Assembly (NCBI GenBank): GCA_900539595.1
Contig: UQCQ01000001.1
Location: 172,291 to 236,290 of the forward strand
Source of the DNA: an uncultured Mollicutes bacterium
GTDB taxonomy: Bacteria > Bacillota_I > Bacilli_A > RFN20 > CAG-826
Length of the DNA: 64,000 nucleotides
Direction: 5' to 3'
The translations under genes were made by a program, and so were the position numbers. This document shows, piece by piece, positions 1-9,842 of the stretch. Every line of letters begins with the position of its first letter. Within the stretch, counting starts at the first letter, position 1. The notes beneath the pieces are model-generated. The model did no database searches. It had not been told where the DNA came from and worked only from the letters and a program-made list of their open reading frames with translations.

Positions 1-396
1 ATCCAGGCATAACGTAAGGCCATATTCCGCCGCATTTCCACCCCAATTCCGTTCATCGTATTGCTCCACGTTAGCCAAACTATCCGCGGTATAGAGGATC
101 ATCCCCCATGTCGCTTTTCTAAAAGCGGCGCAGGCGGCAAGAGCGGAGCATTCCATTTCCACGACGGCACATCTTTCGCTTTTGCGGTACATGACTTTTT
201 CTTTGGTTTCGCGAAAGAAGCCATCGGTCGTCCACGTCATCACTTCTTGGTATTTCAAGTTGTGCTGAAGGATGTCCTTTTCAATCGCCTTTTGAGCCCT
301 TTCATCGATTTCCATAAAACGCGAGGGGGGAGCATAGTGATAGGAAGTTTCTTCATCTCGCAACGGTGATAAGGAAACGGATAACAAGCAAACCAT
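1..396 (-). pseudogene. PNP/UDP-family nucleoside phosphorylase fragment (MTAN/PNP-like). Only the C-terminal half of the fold is present. The ORF runs off the window start.
   Basis: Minus-strand translation from 396 down gives ...TWTTDGFFRET...AVVEMECSALAACAAFRKATWGMILYTADS.... This matches the C-terminal half of MTAN/PNP (VEME..A.A motif, ~res 150-200 of MTAN). About 90 N-terminal residues of the fold are absent, and a stop lies at 412-414. Confidence 0.35.
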
Positions 397-1030
397 TTGT
401 AAACCCTGCTTTCAGCACTCAAACCAAAGATATCGTCTTAGACTATGGGCCCCACTATTTTAGCGAATGGATTCCTGTCCAAGAGCCCACGGAAGAACAA
501 GGGGGCGTCCAAGGCCATAAAGATTGTTTGGTATGTCATAAGCATTTCGACCAAGAAGAAAATGAAATCCAAGATTTATCGATCCCTAAATTGCCTAGGA
601 AAGTAACTATCACCGTCATCAACGGATCTAACAGTGCTTCAAAAGTGGAGGTGGGAACCTCAGTTACCGTTACCGCGGATCAGCCAAAAGAGGGCATGCA
701 ATTCAAAGGATGGGTAGATACTTCTAACCGTATCGTCAGCCAAACAGAGGTCTATACATTTGTAGTAACCGAAGACGTAACGTTAGCAGCCGTATACGAA
801 CGGATTCCTATAGATACCAGTTCTAGCGAAGGTACGAATTCCAGCAGTTCTTCTTCTAGCAAATCCAGCGGGGACAGTGGGTCAAATAAGCCAGATTCTC
901 CAAACGAAAATACGCCTTCTCTTTATCATCCGCGGGCATCATTGCTATCTCCGTTATCTCAGTAGCAGCAGTAGCTTTTTTGGGCGGCGTGATTATTTAC
1001 AATGCAACGAAGAAGCGAAAACTTAAATAG
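366..1030 (+). pseudogene. C-terminal fragment of a cell-surface protein: Listeria-Bacteroides-type repeat, Ser-rich linker and TM anchor. Frameshifted, with no signal peptide.
   Basis: ORF 366..965 contains ...EGMQFKGWVDTSNRIVSQTEVYTFVVTEDVTLAAVYE (Flg_new-like repeat), then SSSEGTNSSSSSSSKSSGDSGSN. The +2 frame continues as SAGIIAISVISVAAVAFLGGVIIYNATKKRKLK* (hydrophobic anchor plus basic tail). No N-terminal signal is present and GC is elevated. Confidence 0.4.
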
Positions 1031-2261
1031 CCGTTACGGGAACGATTAAAACTTGAGGGGATAAAGCGCTCACGCTATCGGCGGTGCAAACCACACAGCT
1101 CTTGCCTCTTTCATATTTCGTCGCATCTAATTCTTTGAATCCAGAAACCTCAGATAACGTATGCTTATCGCCAAATTTGCATTCCACCGCATACAGGGTT
1201 CCTTTTTGGATAAAAACGAGGTCCACTTCGTGTTGAGCGTAATCCCGATAATAATAAAAATTCGTTTTATTCCCTTCGTTTTCATAGGATTTACGAATTT
1301 CGTTCACGACAAATGTTTCGAATAAACGGCCTTTGAGAAAACTTCTGGATAACGTCTCTTTCGAATCGATTCCTAGCAAAAAGCAAGCGATACCTGTATC
1401 AAAGAAATAGATTTTCGGACTTTTGACCATGCGCTTAGTCCACGAATCTTCATAGTAGGGCTGCAGCAAGTGGATGATGCCGGTCTTGGCCATAATACCC
1501 ACCCAGGTGCGGATTGTTGTCGCGGAAACACCCACCTGCTTGGACAAACTATCGTAATTCAATTCCTGTCCCGTCAAAGACGCTACTAATACAAGCAGGT
1601 TATAGAATTTGGATTCGTCCTTTAATTCAATTTGATCCCGAACGTCTTTTTCTAAGTACGTACTGATAAAGGAAGAATAGAAAATCGAGCCCCTCAGTCC
1701 TTCGTCATCATAGAGTTCCGGCATCTGTCCTTTGACGATGAAATCCAGGATTTCTTCCGCGGTTAAACGAGCAACAGCCGAACGTTGGCTAAGGGCCATA
1801 GGATCCGGCAAGAAAGGAATATTATGCTGACCCGAAATTTCGCTAAGCGATAACGGGGACATATCAAGCAACGCCGCACGTCCCGCTAAAGACTCCTTGG
1901 CCTTCTCTAGCAAATCCCTTCTGCTAGACCCGGAGAGAATGAACATTCCGTTAGCGGCTTGATTCCCTTCTAGCCTTCTTTTCTCGTTAACAAGGTATTC
2001 GACTTCTTCAAATAACCCCGTTGCTTTTTGGGCTTCATCAATAATAAGGGGACAGGGGTGGATAGCTAAAAAGGTTTTGGGGTCGTTCTGCGCTAATAAG
2101 CGGTCGGAGGAGTTATCCAGCGTCACATAAGAAAAACCGTGTCCGTCATATTTTTCCGACAATAGTGTCGATTTTCCGACTTGTCTGGGCCCCGTCAAGA
2201 TAACACAGGGAAAGTGCTGTATGGCGTAATCGATAACTTTTTTAATGTGCCGCTCAATCAT
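1023..2261 (-). CDS. AAA+ ATPase of the DUF4143/AAA_14 family (ATP-binding protein)
   Basis: Walker A VILTGPRQVGKSTLL. The size and architecture fit the abundant AAA_14-DUF4143 family. The start is reassigned to MIERHIKK at 2261 (RBS GAGGTGA 6 nt upstream); the first ATG of the ORF at 2312 overlaps the palindromes. Confidence 0.7.
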   Translation of the reverse strand: MIERHIKKVIDYAIQHFPCVILTGPRQVGKSTLLSEKYDGHGFSYVTLDNSSDRLLAQNDPKTFLAIHPCPLIIDEAQKATGLFEEVEYLVNEKRRLEGNQAANGMFILSGSSRRDLLEKAKESLAGRAALLDMSPLSLSEISGQHNIPFLPDPMALSQRSAVARLTAEEILDFIVKGQMPELYDDEGLRGSIFYSSFISTYLEKDVRDQIELKDESKFYNLLVLVASLTGQELNYDSLSKQVGVSATTIRTWVGIMAKTGIIHLLQPYYEDSWTKRMVKSPKIYFFDTGIACFLLGIDSKETLSRSFLKGRLFETFVVNEIRKSYENEGNKTNFYYYRDYAQHEVDLVFIQKGTLYAVECKFGDKHTLSEVSGFKELDATKYERGKSCVVCTADSVSALSPQVLIVPVTAI

Positions 2262-2297
2262 ATAAATCACCTCAACTTTGGATTTTCTGAAGTTCAA

Positions 2298-2335
2298 CTT
2301 TGGATTTTCCAAACTTCTACTTTGGATTTTCCAAA
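2298..2335. promoter_or_regulatory. Two copies of a perfect palindrome, CTTTGGATTTTCCAAAG-like, about 40-75 bp upstream of the ATPase start. Operator-like.
   Basis: Direct reading gives aaCTTTGGATTTTCCAAAct (2298-2313) and taCTTTGGATTTTCCAAAGtt (2320-2335). Each copy is self-complementary. Confidence 0.35.
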
Positions 2336-2500
2336 GTTATATTACACCATTTTTAAAAATTGGGGGATATCAATAAGTTTTAAGCGCGAAGGAAAAATAA
2401 CCGACAGCAAATATTCAGCTTCTAAGCTTAATTTTGGCCGTCATTCATGATTGCACATTTTTGCAATCGTTTGCCTTTTTTCTTAAGGACGCCGAATTTG

Positions 2501-3901
2501 TTATTTCAAATCAAGCCGTTCCTCGTAAAACTCATCTAACGAATAAGTGATGGGTGCCCGTTTTTTTGCTTCGGGTGTAAATCCATTGCGGGAAATGTAT
2601 CCTAAACGATAAAAGGGAAGGGGGGATTGCAAGGTCTGCTTCTCCTTTTCGTGAATCGTGTCCATGCCAATTGGATCCTTCGTGTATTTGCATTCATAAG
2701 AAGCAAAGCCATTCTTATCTTGGGTAACCACGTCAAATTGAAGGTTCTTTTTATTCTTCGCATCATTGAAGCTATAAGTTCCAATCTGAAAGAACGGGGG
2801 TTTGATTTCACCCGCCTTGTTTTTGCGAATCAAGAAATCCTTGCTCACTCTTTCAAAGGCTTTTGGAAGGTAACATTTTTCAAAATCCGGCTCGACCATC
2901 TCTTGATAGAAAAGGTCTTTACCCATGAAGGAAATGGATGATCCGTTGGAAAAAATATAACGGAAATAAAACCGAAGCAAGTTATCGTCAAAGTCGTAAT
3001 AAGTCAGTTTCTTATTTTGTGAATCGTTAATCGGGGAAACCTTCGTCAAGAAATGCAAGCCAACCCCTTTGGACAAAGCATATTCGGGGCGGGAATCCTT
3101 GCCCAACGCCGCAACCAAATCGCTAAATTTATGCTTTCCAACAGCTACAAGGTTAAGAACGCTATTTAAGGAAGCGACCTTCGTTCCTTCGCTTTCAATC
3201 ATTTCTTGGCATAAAAGCGTCATGGTGGAGGTATCTACGCCAAAGCAATCTTTGATATTTTCTTCTACGCTTTTTGATGGATTCACCAAGGATAACGCAT
3301 AAGGGAGTCCGCCAAAAACGGCATAGGCTTTGAATTTCTCTTCTGGTGAATAATGAGGAAAGAATTTTGCGGCGTCATAGTAATCGAATTCATGAATTTC
3401 TTGAATAAGGTCAAAATGGCCATGCAGCGGAGAGGAACGATCCACGATGTTCTGCATCAAATCGCAATAAGACCCGGAAAGAATAAGCTTTAAATGCAAA
3501 TCATCGCCTTTCCTTAAGTCGATTAATCGAGCCAAGCTGGCGTCCACCCCATCATCCCCGCCTAGCGGAAGATAAGAAAACTCATCAATCACGAAAATGA
3601 TTTTTTGATCCTTTGCAGCAAGAAAAATAGCGTCGAACAAATCGTCGTAACTGGAAAAGGTGGTATACGCAGGCAAGCCCAATACCCTTTTGGATTCTTT
3701 TTCTAATAGGGAAAGATTGATAGAGGGCAATACCTTTTTGCATTCGCAATGGAGAATTATCCCTTCTTCTCCTTCCAGGGCTTTTTTGATGATTTCTGTT
3801 TTGCCAACGCGTCGACGGCCAAAAATCATCATCGCCTTGTATGCGTCGCCCGCCATCAACTCTTTCAGCTTTCGAATCTCTTCTTTTCTTCCTACAAACA
3901 T
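2501..3901 (-). CDS. AAA+ ATPase of the so-called archaeal ATPase family (DUF234-type ATP-binding protein)
   Basis: Walker A FGRRRVGKTEII and Walker B-like IFVIDEFSYL. The start is reassigned to MFVGRKEE (RBS GGAG at -7); the ORF's first ATG is at 3994. Confidence 0.6.
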   Translation of the reverse strand: MFVGRKEEIRKLKELMAGDAYKAMMIFGRRRVGKTEIIKKALEGEEGIILHCECKKVLPSINLSLLEKESKRVLGLPAYTTFSSYDDLFDAIFLAAKDQKIIFVIDEFSYLPLGGDDGVDASLARLIDLRKGDDLHLKLILSGSYCDLMQNIVDRSSPLHGHFDLIQEIHEFDYYDAAKFFPHYSPEEKFKAYAVFGGLPYALSLVNPSKSVEENIKDCFGVDTSTMTLLCQEMIESEGTKVASLNSVLNLVAVGKHKFSDLVAALGKDSRPEYALSKGVGLHFLTKVSPINDSQNKKLTYYDFDDNLLRFYFRYIFSNGSSISFMGKDLFYQEMVEPDFEKCYLPKAFERVSKDFLIRKNKAGEIKPPFFQIGTYSFNDAKNKKNLQFDVVTQDKNGFASYECKYTKDPIGMDTIHEKEKQTLQSPLPFYRLGYISRNGFTPEAKKRAPITYSLDEFYEERLDLK

Positions 3902-4071
3902 ATCAATCTCCAGTAGTATTTTAACATAAATTTTTTTGGGACAAATATTTTTGTGTAAAAATTTATAGAGAAAAGCATGCTTATCAATTAACACAAATCA
4001 ATTTATGATAAATGAATTTGTGCTATTTTATAAATCGTTAATCTTAGCATCAAGCCAATGACCTAAAATAG

Positions 4072-5256
4072 CTAATGATAAGAGTCCTTAATGAAGCCGC
4101 AAGGGTCGATAGCGATACCATTTTCAAACAATTTCTTATATGGTTCGAACACTTTGTGCGGTTGAGCCAGAATTAACACGTCCGAACGTCTTATCGCCTC
4201 TTCAATGGGGACATTAATAATGCCTTCTATCATCTCAACATGGGAATTCGGTTCACACCCAATGACGTCAAAGCCATCTTCCGTCAATTTTTTTGCAATA
4301 ACAAGGCCGCTAGAATTACGTAAATCTCCAATATTCGCTTTATAACTCAGTCCAAACACCCCGATTGTTTTACCCTTTCTTGCGATGCATAGTCTTTCCG
4401 CTTCCTCCGCAACGAGAACCGGTTTCTTATCATTTATCGTTCTCGCCATAGAAAGCAAACCGACATCGTCACCATAACGATTAATCAAAAACAATGGGTC
4501 CACAGGAATGCAATGGCCGCCTACGCCGCTGCCCGGGTTTGGAACCTTAATACGTGGATGTTTATTTATTTTGTTAATCAAGGCAAATGGGTCTATCCCC
4601 TCTTTTTCCGCAATAAATCCCACCTGATTTGCAAACGCCAAATCGACATCCCTCGCCGCATTTTGAAGGAGTTTCACCAATTCGGCTTCTTCAAACGAAC
4701 AAACGTCGATATCGGATAGGCTGATTTTAGAATAAAGGGATTTTGATCTCCTTAAAGCCACGGGGTCGTCGGACCCAATCACGCGGGCGTTGTTCTTAAT
4801 TTCCGCCATCACGTTTCCTGGCAAAATCGTTTCGGGGCAATACGCGAAACAACCTTCAAAGCCCAAACTCGAAAGCATCTTTTTTATTCGTTTCCCAGTT
4901 CCAACAGGAACGGTGCTTTCAAGAATAAGCAACGTGTCTTTTTTCAATATTCCAGCAACATCTTTTAATGCGCCTGTAACGCTAGATAAATCAGGTGTTC
5001 CATCGAGTTTCGTCGGCGTTTGAACGGCAATAACAATGCGGTCGCACTCCTTCGGTTTGTCCACATATGAAATCCGACGCGAATTTTCTTTCAGCAAGGC
5101 ATCGACGTCGGGTTCGCCATATAGAAAAGATCCGTCGATTAGTGATTGAAGACGCGAAACATTCTTCTCAACGACAATAACCTCCGCGCATTGAGAAAAG
5201 GCAGCGGCCAGCGGAAGTCCAATATAACCAGCACCAATGATTTCAATTTTTTCCAT
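4072..5256 (-). CDS. UDP-N-acetyl-D-mannosamine / UDP-sugar 6-dehydrogenase family (WecC/Cap5O-like)
   Basis: N-terminal Rossmann IEIIGAGYIGLPLAAAF. The catalytic Cys region GGHCIPVDP and overall length are typical of nucleotide-sugar dehydrogenases. It overlaps the upstream epimerase-containing gene by 14 bp. Confidence 0.7.
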   Translation of the reverse strand: MEKIEIIGAGYIGLPLAAAFSQCAEVIVVEKNVSRLQSLIDGSFLYGEPDVDALLKENSRRISYVDKPKECDRIVIAVQTPTKLDGTPDLSSVTGALKDVAGILKKDTLLILESTVPVGTGKRIKKMLSSLGFEGCFAYCPETILPGNVMAEIKNNARVIGSDDPVALRRSKSLYSKISLSDIDVCSFEEAELVKLLQNAARDVDLAFANQVGFIAEKEGIDPFALINKINKHPRIKVPNPGSGVGGHCIPVDPLFLINRYGDDVGLLSMARTINDKKPVLVAEEAERLCIARKGKTIGVFGLSYKANIGDLRNSSGLVIAKKLTEDGFDVIGCEPNSHVEMIEGIINVPIEEAIRRSDVLILAQPHKVFEPYKKLFENGIAIDPCGFIKDSYH

Positions 5257-8200
5257 ACACATGCTCCAAAATTACCGACGCGATTTTAGCTCCAGCGCCG
5301 CCTTTGCCATAACGATCATCTGGTTGAATAGTCCCCGACTTGATTAATTCATTCAGAAGCTTTGCCATGCCTTTTCCTGAAGGAGGGAACATGCACTTCC
5401 CCGCTCGTTCCGTTTTTTCGCGGACAATTAATGCGGGAATGCCAAGAAATAACGCTTCTTCTTCCACGCCGCCAGAATCCGTTATGACGGCAATAGAAGA
5501 CGATAGTTTCCTTTGAAACTCTTGTGGCTCCAACGGATTGGTAAGCGTTAGATTCGGAATGTTCTTCAGTTTTTGCGCTGCGGCAACAATCACGGGATTG
5601 GGGTGAACGGGGAACAAAAACTGCACGCGTGGATTCAATTGGCAGCATTCCCTTATTTCGGAAAAAATATTTGTCAAAAAAGGGAGGTTTTCCTTCCGAT
5701 GAATGGTAATAAGAACACCCTGCCTCGATTCGGAAACAACATTTTGTCTCAAATAATCAACGAATGTATTACCGGTAACAATCACGCCGCGTGCGCCTTC
5801 TCTTATCAGGTTTTCTTCTTCCTTGCTTGATGGGGCGAAATTCAAAGCGGCTTCTTTGCTGATTCTTTTTCGAATAATTTCTTCAGGAAAAGGATTCGAT
5901 TCATCGAAACTACGCAAACCGGCTTCCACATAATAGAGAGGAACGCCAAGCAGCAGTGACAGCTTGGCACCAGACAATGCGGATGAAGTATCACCCTGAA
6001 CACAGATATAAGAAGGGGCGAACGGCAAGACTCGCATAGTATCTTCGGCCCATTTTTCGGATATCTTGTCAAAATCTCCTTGTCGCAGCTTAACGAAACA
6101 ATGCGTATCAATCCCACCTTTCATTAGTATCTTCGTTGGAAGACCATCATGTTGATGCGTATCAAGAACATAAAAGGGTGCCTCTCTTTGTTGCAATGAT
6201 TCTAGAATCGGAAGCATCTTGATCGCTTCGGGGCGGGTTCCAAGAACAAATAAGCCTGGATGCCGATCCATGGTAAAAAGCAATTTCTCTTGCTCTTTTT
6301 CATAGGAATACAAAGATGCAATCGCATAGGCCCGCTCCGTAAGGGCATTTGTCCTTTGAACATCACGGTTCAACATTTCTATCAAGTTGGCGGCCTCTTC
6401 AACATTGGAATAAAACGCCATAGAGTCTCCAAACGTGTATTGAATGCGATTTAGGCGAGAGCTAACGACGCACGGAAGCCTCGACAAAGCGGCCTCATAA
6501 ACGCACCTCCCAAAAGTTTCCTGCAAAGAAGTGCAAAGATAAAAATCCGACTGATCGAGAGCCGTCTTCAACTGCAGCTGACCAACAGAGCCCTTAAAGA
6601 AAATGAAATCACCAGCGTCCTCTATCATGGATTCGTAAATTGTCTTCTCGTCGATTGTCCCATAGATGCTAAGGGTCGCATCATATCCACGTTTTCGTAG
6701 CAAAGAGACAATTTCTTTGGATTCGGGAAGATTTTTTTGAAGTTTAGTGCTGGAAATCATGACGATTCGCACTCTACGTCCTCCAGTCTCCCTTTCTTTT
6801 GGTTTTGAATCAAAGATTTGAGATATGCCTCTTGATATTACTTTGATGCGATTAGGATTCGCACCATAGTGTTTGGTTATCACTTCTTTGTCTTCTTCGT
6901 TTGGAACAACAATCGCCATGACATTTTGGTAAACCCTTCTTTCGGCGGCAAAATATTCTTTAGGCGGAAACTCGCCAGACCTTAAATAATCGCAACCGTT
7001 AAACATTGGGAATACTATGGCTTTCGCAAGATTTGCGTCATTCAGTCCAAAAGCTTTGGATGTATGAACAACAACAATTTCATCATAATTTTCCAAAAGA
7101 CCATTAATTCTCTCTTCGTAATGAGCGATCGAGTCAATCCTGCGGGAAAATTTCCCTTCTCGACAAGGATTTGGTAGAAATACGTGATGACGAAAAGCAT
7201 TGATATCTCCGTAATCACTTCTTGGCGAACGCAGGCAATAAAAGTCTAAATCATAGTGTCCTTTGGCGGCTTTCACTATTGACGAAACCATGCTGGATCC
7301 CCCGCCATCAGGGACCCCATAGAACTTGGAAGTAATGAGAGCAACTCGTTGACGCTCCCAAAAACGTAAATATTTTTGGAATATCGCCTCGAAGTCATAA
7401 CCATCAACCTCTTCATCTCGAGGAAGTTCTTCAAGAGGTGCCGCCAACACGGCTGCCGCGATTTCAGACGGCGAATCACCACAAATAACCCCCCTCTTGC
7501 CATTTATAATTTCACTTAATGCTCCAGAATCGGTTGAAACAATATAGGTTCTCGAAGCTATAGCCTCCAAAATCGTTCTTCCCATTCCCTCGCAATGAAT
7601 ATAACGGCCTCCAGGAACCTCATATTCAAGGTTCCCAGAGCATTGCAAATAAATATCTGCGCCTACAATATAAGGAAGTACTTTCTCGTGTTCTTTTTTT
7701 CCAAGAAAATAGATGCGCTCATTTTTTTCGTATTTTAGTTTTAGTTCCGAAAAGTCTGGGCCATCGCCGATAATGGTAAGGTCGTATGGTTTTGGAAGCA
7801 GATTAAAAGCAGTTAAAAGAAGCCCCATGCGCTTATAAGGCTCAAATCTAGCGCTGCACACAAGGTGAATTCTTTGCTCTTTAAAAAGCTTCTTCTTTAT
7901 TGCCTTTTTATCCAGCGATTCAATGGAAGAAAGTGGTACGCCTCCCCTACAGAGGCGGAGCATCGACCCTCGAATCCCCAATTCTTCCAATCGTTTTTCC
8001 GTAAAACAACTATTGGTAATGAGAATATCGACATTGCGATTAAGCGTTTCGATCCAATACCTTTGCCTATTTTCAAGTGGTTTGGTTAAATCCAATAACG
8101 GGGCCGAAGGGATTTCGTTACCACCCGTCCGATAGAGAACCCTGGCCTTTGGAAAAAACGATTTGATTTCATCCATTTCCTCAATCCAATGGCCAGAGTT

Positions 8201-9127
8201 AAAGAACACGCGAATATCGCGATGCCCAATTACGGTTTTCAAATCGGCGTACTTAGTCGAGCACCCCATGTTTGACTCGACAATTGTATTTTCGCCGTTC
8301 CTATGTGAAACAACATAAACGTCGCCTTTGTCCCAAAGAAACTTTTTAAGATACTTTGCATGGGTTTCCATGCCACCAATATCGTCAAGACTTGATTCGA
8401 TGTAGAGAAGATAAACGGGTGGCAATAGATTTAATATACTTAACGCGTTACTAACCCCATTTTCGAATGAGGCGGCAGTCACGAACTTCGCGGCGTAGCC
8501 CACTTCCGCCGGGCATCCGGCCATCGCAACGGAATTTGGAAACGATTGAATCATCTCAAAATCATTCGGGCCGTCACCAAAGACCGCAACTTCTTCTTTG
8601 GACCATCCTTCTTTATTGCAAATTAATTCAATCGCGGAAGATTTGGAAACACCTTTTCTAAGGCAAACATCCACCCCGGATTTTTGCCAGCGAACCACAT
8701 GGTATTGCTTTGGAGAAGCGCCTGTTTCATAGACCAGAGCATAAATGTTTCCTTCCGGTCGGGAGCAATCCGTCGTCACAAACCCTTTCTTTAAAAGTGA
8801 CTTTTGAATTTCTTCATTCTTTGCATGAATACCAGAATCGGCATAGGCGGCGAGCCAATTATCATTTAAGACAGCCGAAATTGGCCTTTCCGATATTTTT
8901 GTTTCTCGCTTGTATATAACAGCACCATCAAACAAAACATAGTAGTCGAATTCAAAATCCCCCAGAGCGGCTTTTGCCATACCCATATTTCGAATGCTGC
9001 ACACTCCCAGTTTAATGCCACGTTTTTGCAAGGATCTAAGATCGTTTTGCAAGGATGGCGGCATCCCCAATCCTTTGCTCTTGCAAACCAGCGTATTACC
9101 AATATCAAAGAAACAGGCTTTAATCAT
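5243..9127 (-). CDS. 1294-aa multidomain glycan-synthesis protein. Domain order: HAD-like hydrolase, GT4 glycosyltransferase, a second GT4-like domain, then a non-hydrolysing UDP-GlcNAc 2-epimerase (WecB-like) C-terminal domain.
   Basis: N-terminus MIKACFFDIGNTLV (HAD-like motif I). GGMETH and EGMGRTILEAIA are GT4 signatures. The C-terminal ~370 aa carry GTRPEAIKM, VEAGLRS, TGNT, HRKEN, DSGGVEEEA and TER motifs colinear with WecB. It is a single uninterrupted ORF. Confidence 0.65.
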   Translation of the reverse strand: MIKACFFDIGNTLVCKSKGLGMPPSLQNDLRSLQKRGIKLGVCSIRNMGMAKAALGDFEFDYYVLFDGAVIYKRETKISERPISAVLNDNWLAAYADSGIHAKNEEIQKSLLKKGFVTTDCSRPEGNIYALVYETGASPKQYHVVRWQKSGVDVCLRKGVSKSSAIELICNKEGWSKEEVAVFGDGPNDFEMIQSFPNSVAMAGCPAEVGYAAKFVTAASFENGVSNALSILNLLPPVYLLYIESSLDDIGGMETHAKYLKKFLWDKGDVYVVSHRNGENTIVESNMGCSTKYADLKTVIGHRDIRVFFNSGHWIEEMDEIKSFFPKARVLYRTGGNEIPSAPLLDLTKPLENRQRYWIETLNRNVDILITNSCFTEKRLEELGIRGSMLRLCRGGVPLSSIESLDKKAIKKKLFKEQRIHLVCSARFEPYKRMGLLLTAFNLLPKPYDLTIIGDGPDFSELKLKYEKNERIYFLGKKEHEKVLPYIVGADIYLQCSGNLEYEVPGGRYIHCEGMGRTILEAIASRTYIVSTDSGALSEIINGKRGVICGDSPSEIAAAVLAAPLEELPRDEEVDGYDFEAIFQKYLRFWERQRVALITSKFYGVPDGGGSSMVSSIVKAAKGHYDLDFYCLRSPRSDYGDINAFRHHVFLPNPCREGKFSRRIDSIAHYEERINGLLENYDEIVVVHTSKAFGLNDANLAKAIVFPMFNGCDYLRSGEFPPKEYFAAERRVYQNVMAIVVPNEEDKEVITKHYGANPNRIKVISRGISQIFDSKPKERETGGRRVRIVMISSTKLQKNLPESKEIVSLLRKRGYDATLSIYGTIDEKTIYESMIEDAGDFIFFKGSVGQLQLKTALDQSDFYLCTSLQETFGRCVYEAALSRLPCVVSSRLNRIQYTFGDSMAFYSNVEEAANLIEMLNRDVQRTNALTERAYAIASLYSYEKEQEKLLFTMDRHPGLFVLGTRPEAIKMLPILESLQQREAPFYVLDTHQHDGLPTKILMKGGIDTHCFVKLRQGDFDKISEKWAEDTMRVLPFAPSYICVQGDTSSALSGAKLSLLLGVPLYYVEAGLRSFDESNPFPEEIIRKRISKEAALNFAPSSKEEENLIREGARGVIVTGNTFVDYLRQNVVSESRQGVLITIHRKENLPFLTNIFSEIRECCQLNPRVQFLFPVHPNPVIVAAAQKLKNIPNLTLTNPLEPQEFQRKLSSSIAVITDSGGVEEEALFLGIPALIVREKTERAGKCMFPPSGKGMAKLLNELIKSGTIQPDDRYGKGGAGAKIASVILEHVYGKN

Positions 9128-9842
9128 TGTCGAAAGCCTCTTTCATTAAACAACAACGGTAACCATGCGTCTTTAAAGCCTTAACAAGGTCAATGAACAA
9201 ATTTGCAATCCCATAGCCGCAATATCTTCTTTCATCGATTATGTTTTTATCAATAGAACGGTATTCCTGTCGTGACAATTGGTCCTTTAGTGTTCTAGTC
9301 AGTTGGTAATCGAATGAATTGAAGGCAAGGTGAATCGGATGAAATACAAAAACCAAATTATCCGCATTTTTTGCAGCATTCATAACCACATTAACGTCAA
9401 AGGGCAGACCTGCTTTGATAAATGCGCCGTCTTCAAAGAAAACCGGCATCTCGATACAATTCTCCTCAACGCGAATGGGCAACGGCTTCAGCAAAGACAA
9501 AACATTTGATGTTACCGTTATCCCAGTCATATTCATAAAAGAGCCGAAAGCCGGTTCTGGGGCGTGGTACAAATGGCATCGTACTATTCTTTTTTCCGCC
9601 GGAATATTTTTGAGTGAATTCGCAATCTCTTTCACAGAACCCCCATGGCTAGAACCAAGCATGAAATTCGGGTGCCATTCCAACGAAGACAAATGGTTTT
9701 TACAATACAAAAGAACACGCTCTGACTTATGAGTTTGGAAAAAAGTAATTGGAACATTCGCGTCCGCCACAATTGTTAGCGCTTCGCCAATAACAGCTTC
9801 GCTCGCCCAGTCTAAATCGATGGTTATATAAGCTTTATTCAT
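9120..9842 (-). CDS. Hypothetical protein, possibly a divergent polysaccharide deacetylase-like enzyme
   Basis: 240-aa ORF translationally coupled on both sides (8-bp and 4-bp overlaps). It shows weak NodB-like motifs (ITIDLDW, H..H). The assignment is speculative. Confidence 0.35.
   Translation of the reverse strand: MNKAYITIDLDWASEAVIGEALTIVADANVPITFFQTHKSERVLLYCKNHLSSLEWHPNFMLGSSHGGSVKEIANSLKNIPAEKRIVRCHLYHAPEPAFGSFMNMTGITVTSNVLSLLKPLPIRVEENCIEMPVFFEDGAFIKAGLPFDVNVVMNAAKNADNLVFVFHPIHLAFNSFDYQLTRTLKDQLSRQEYRSIDKNIIDERRYCGYGIANLFIDLVKALKTHGYRCCLMKEAFDND

Noticed and set aside
61-369. 102-aa plus-strand ORF at the window start
   Set aside because: It lies antisense to the clearly recognisable nucleoside-phosphorylase reading frame and has low-complexity composition. 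Spurious.
380-396. Start of the truncated phosphorylase (MVCLL...) shares its first five residues with mtnN at 58322, hinting at a partial duplicate
   Set aside because: Identity is limited to five residues. The downstream sequences differ throughout and the DNA diverges after 9 nt. Most likely coincidence.
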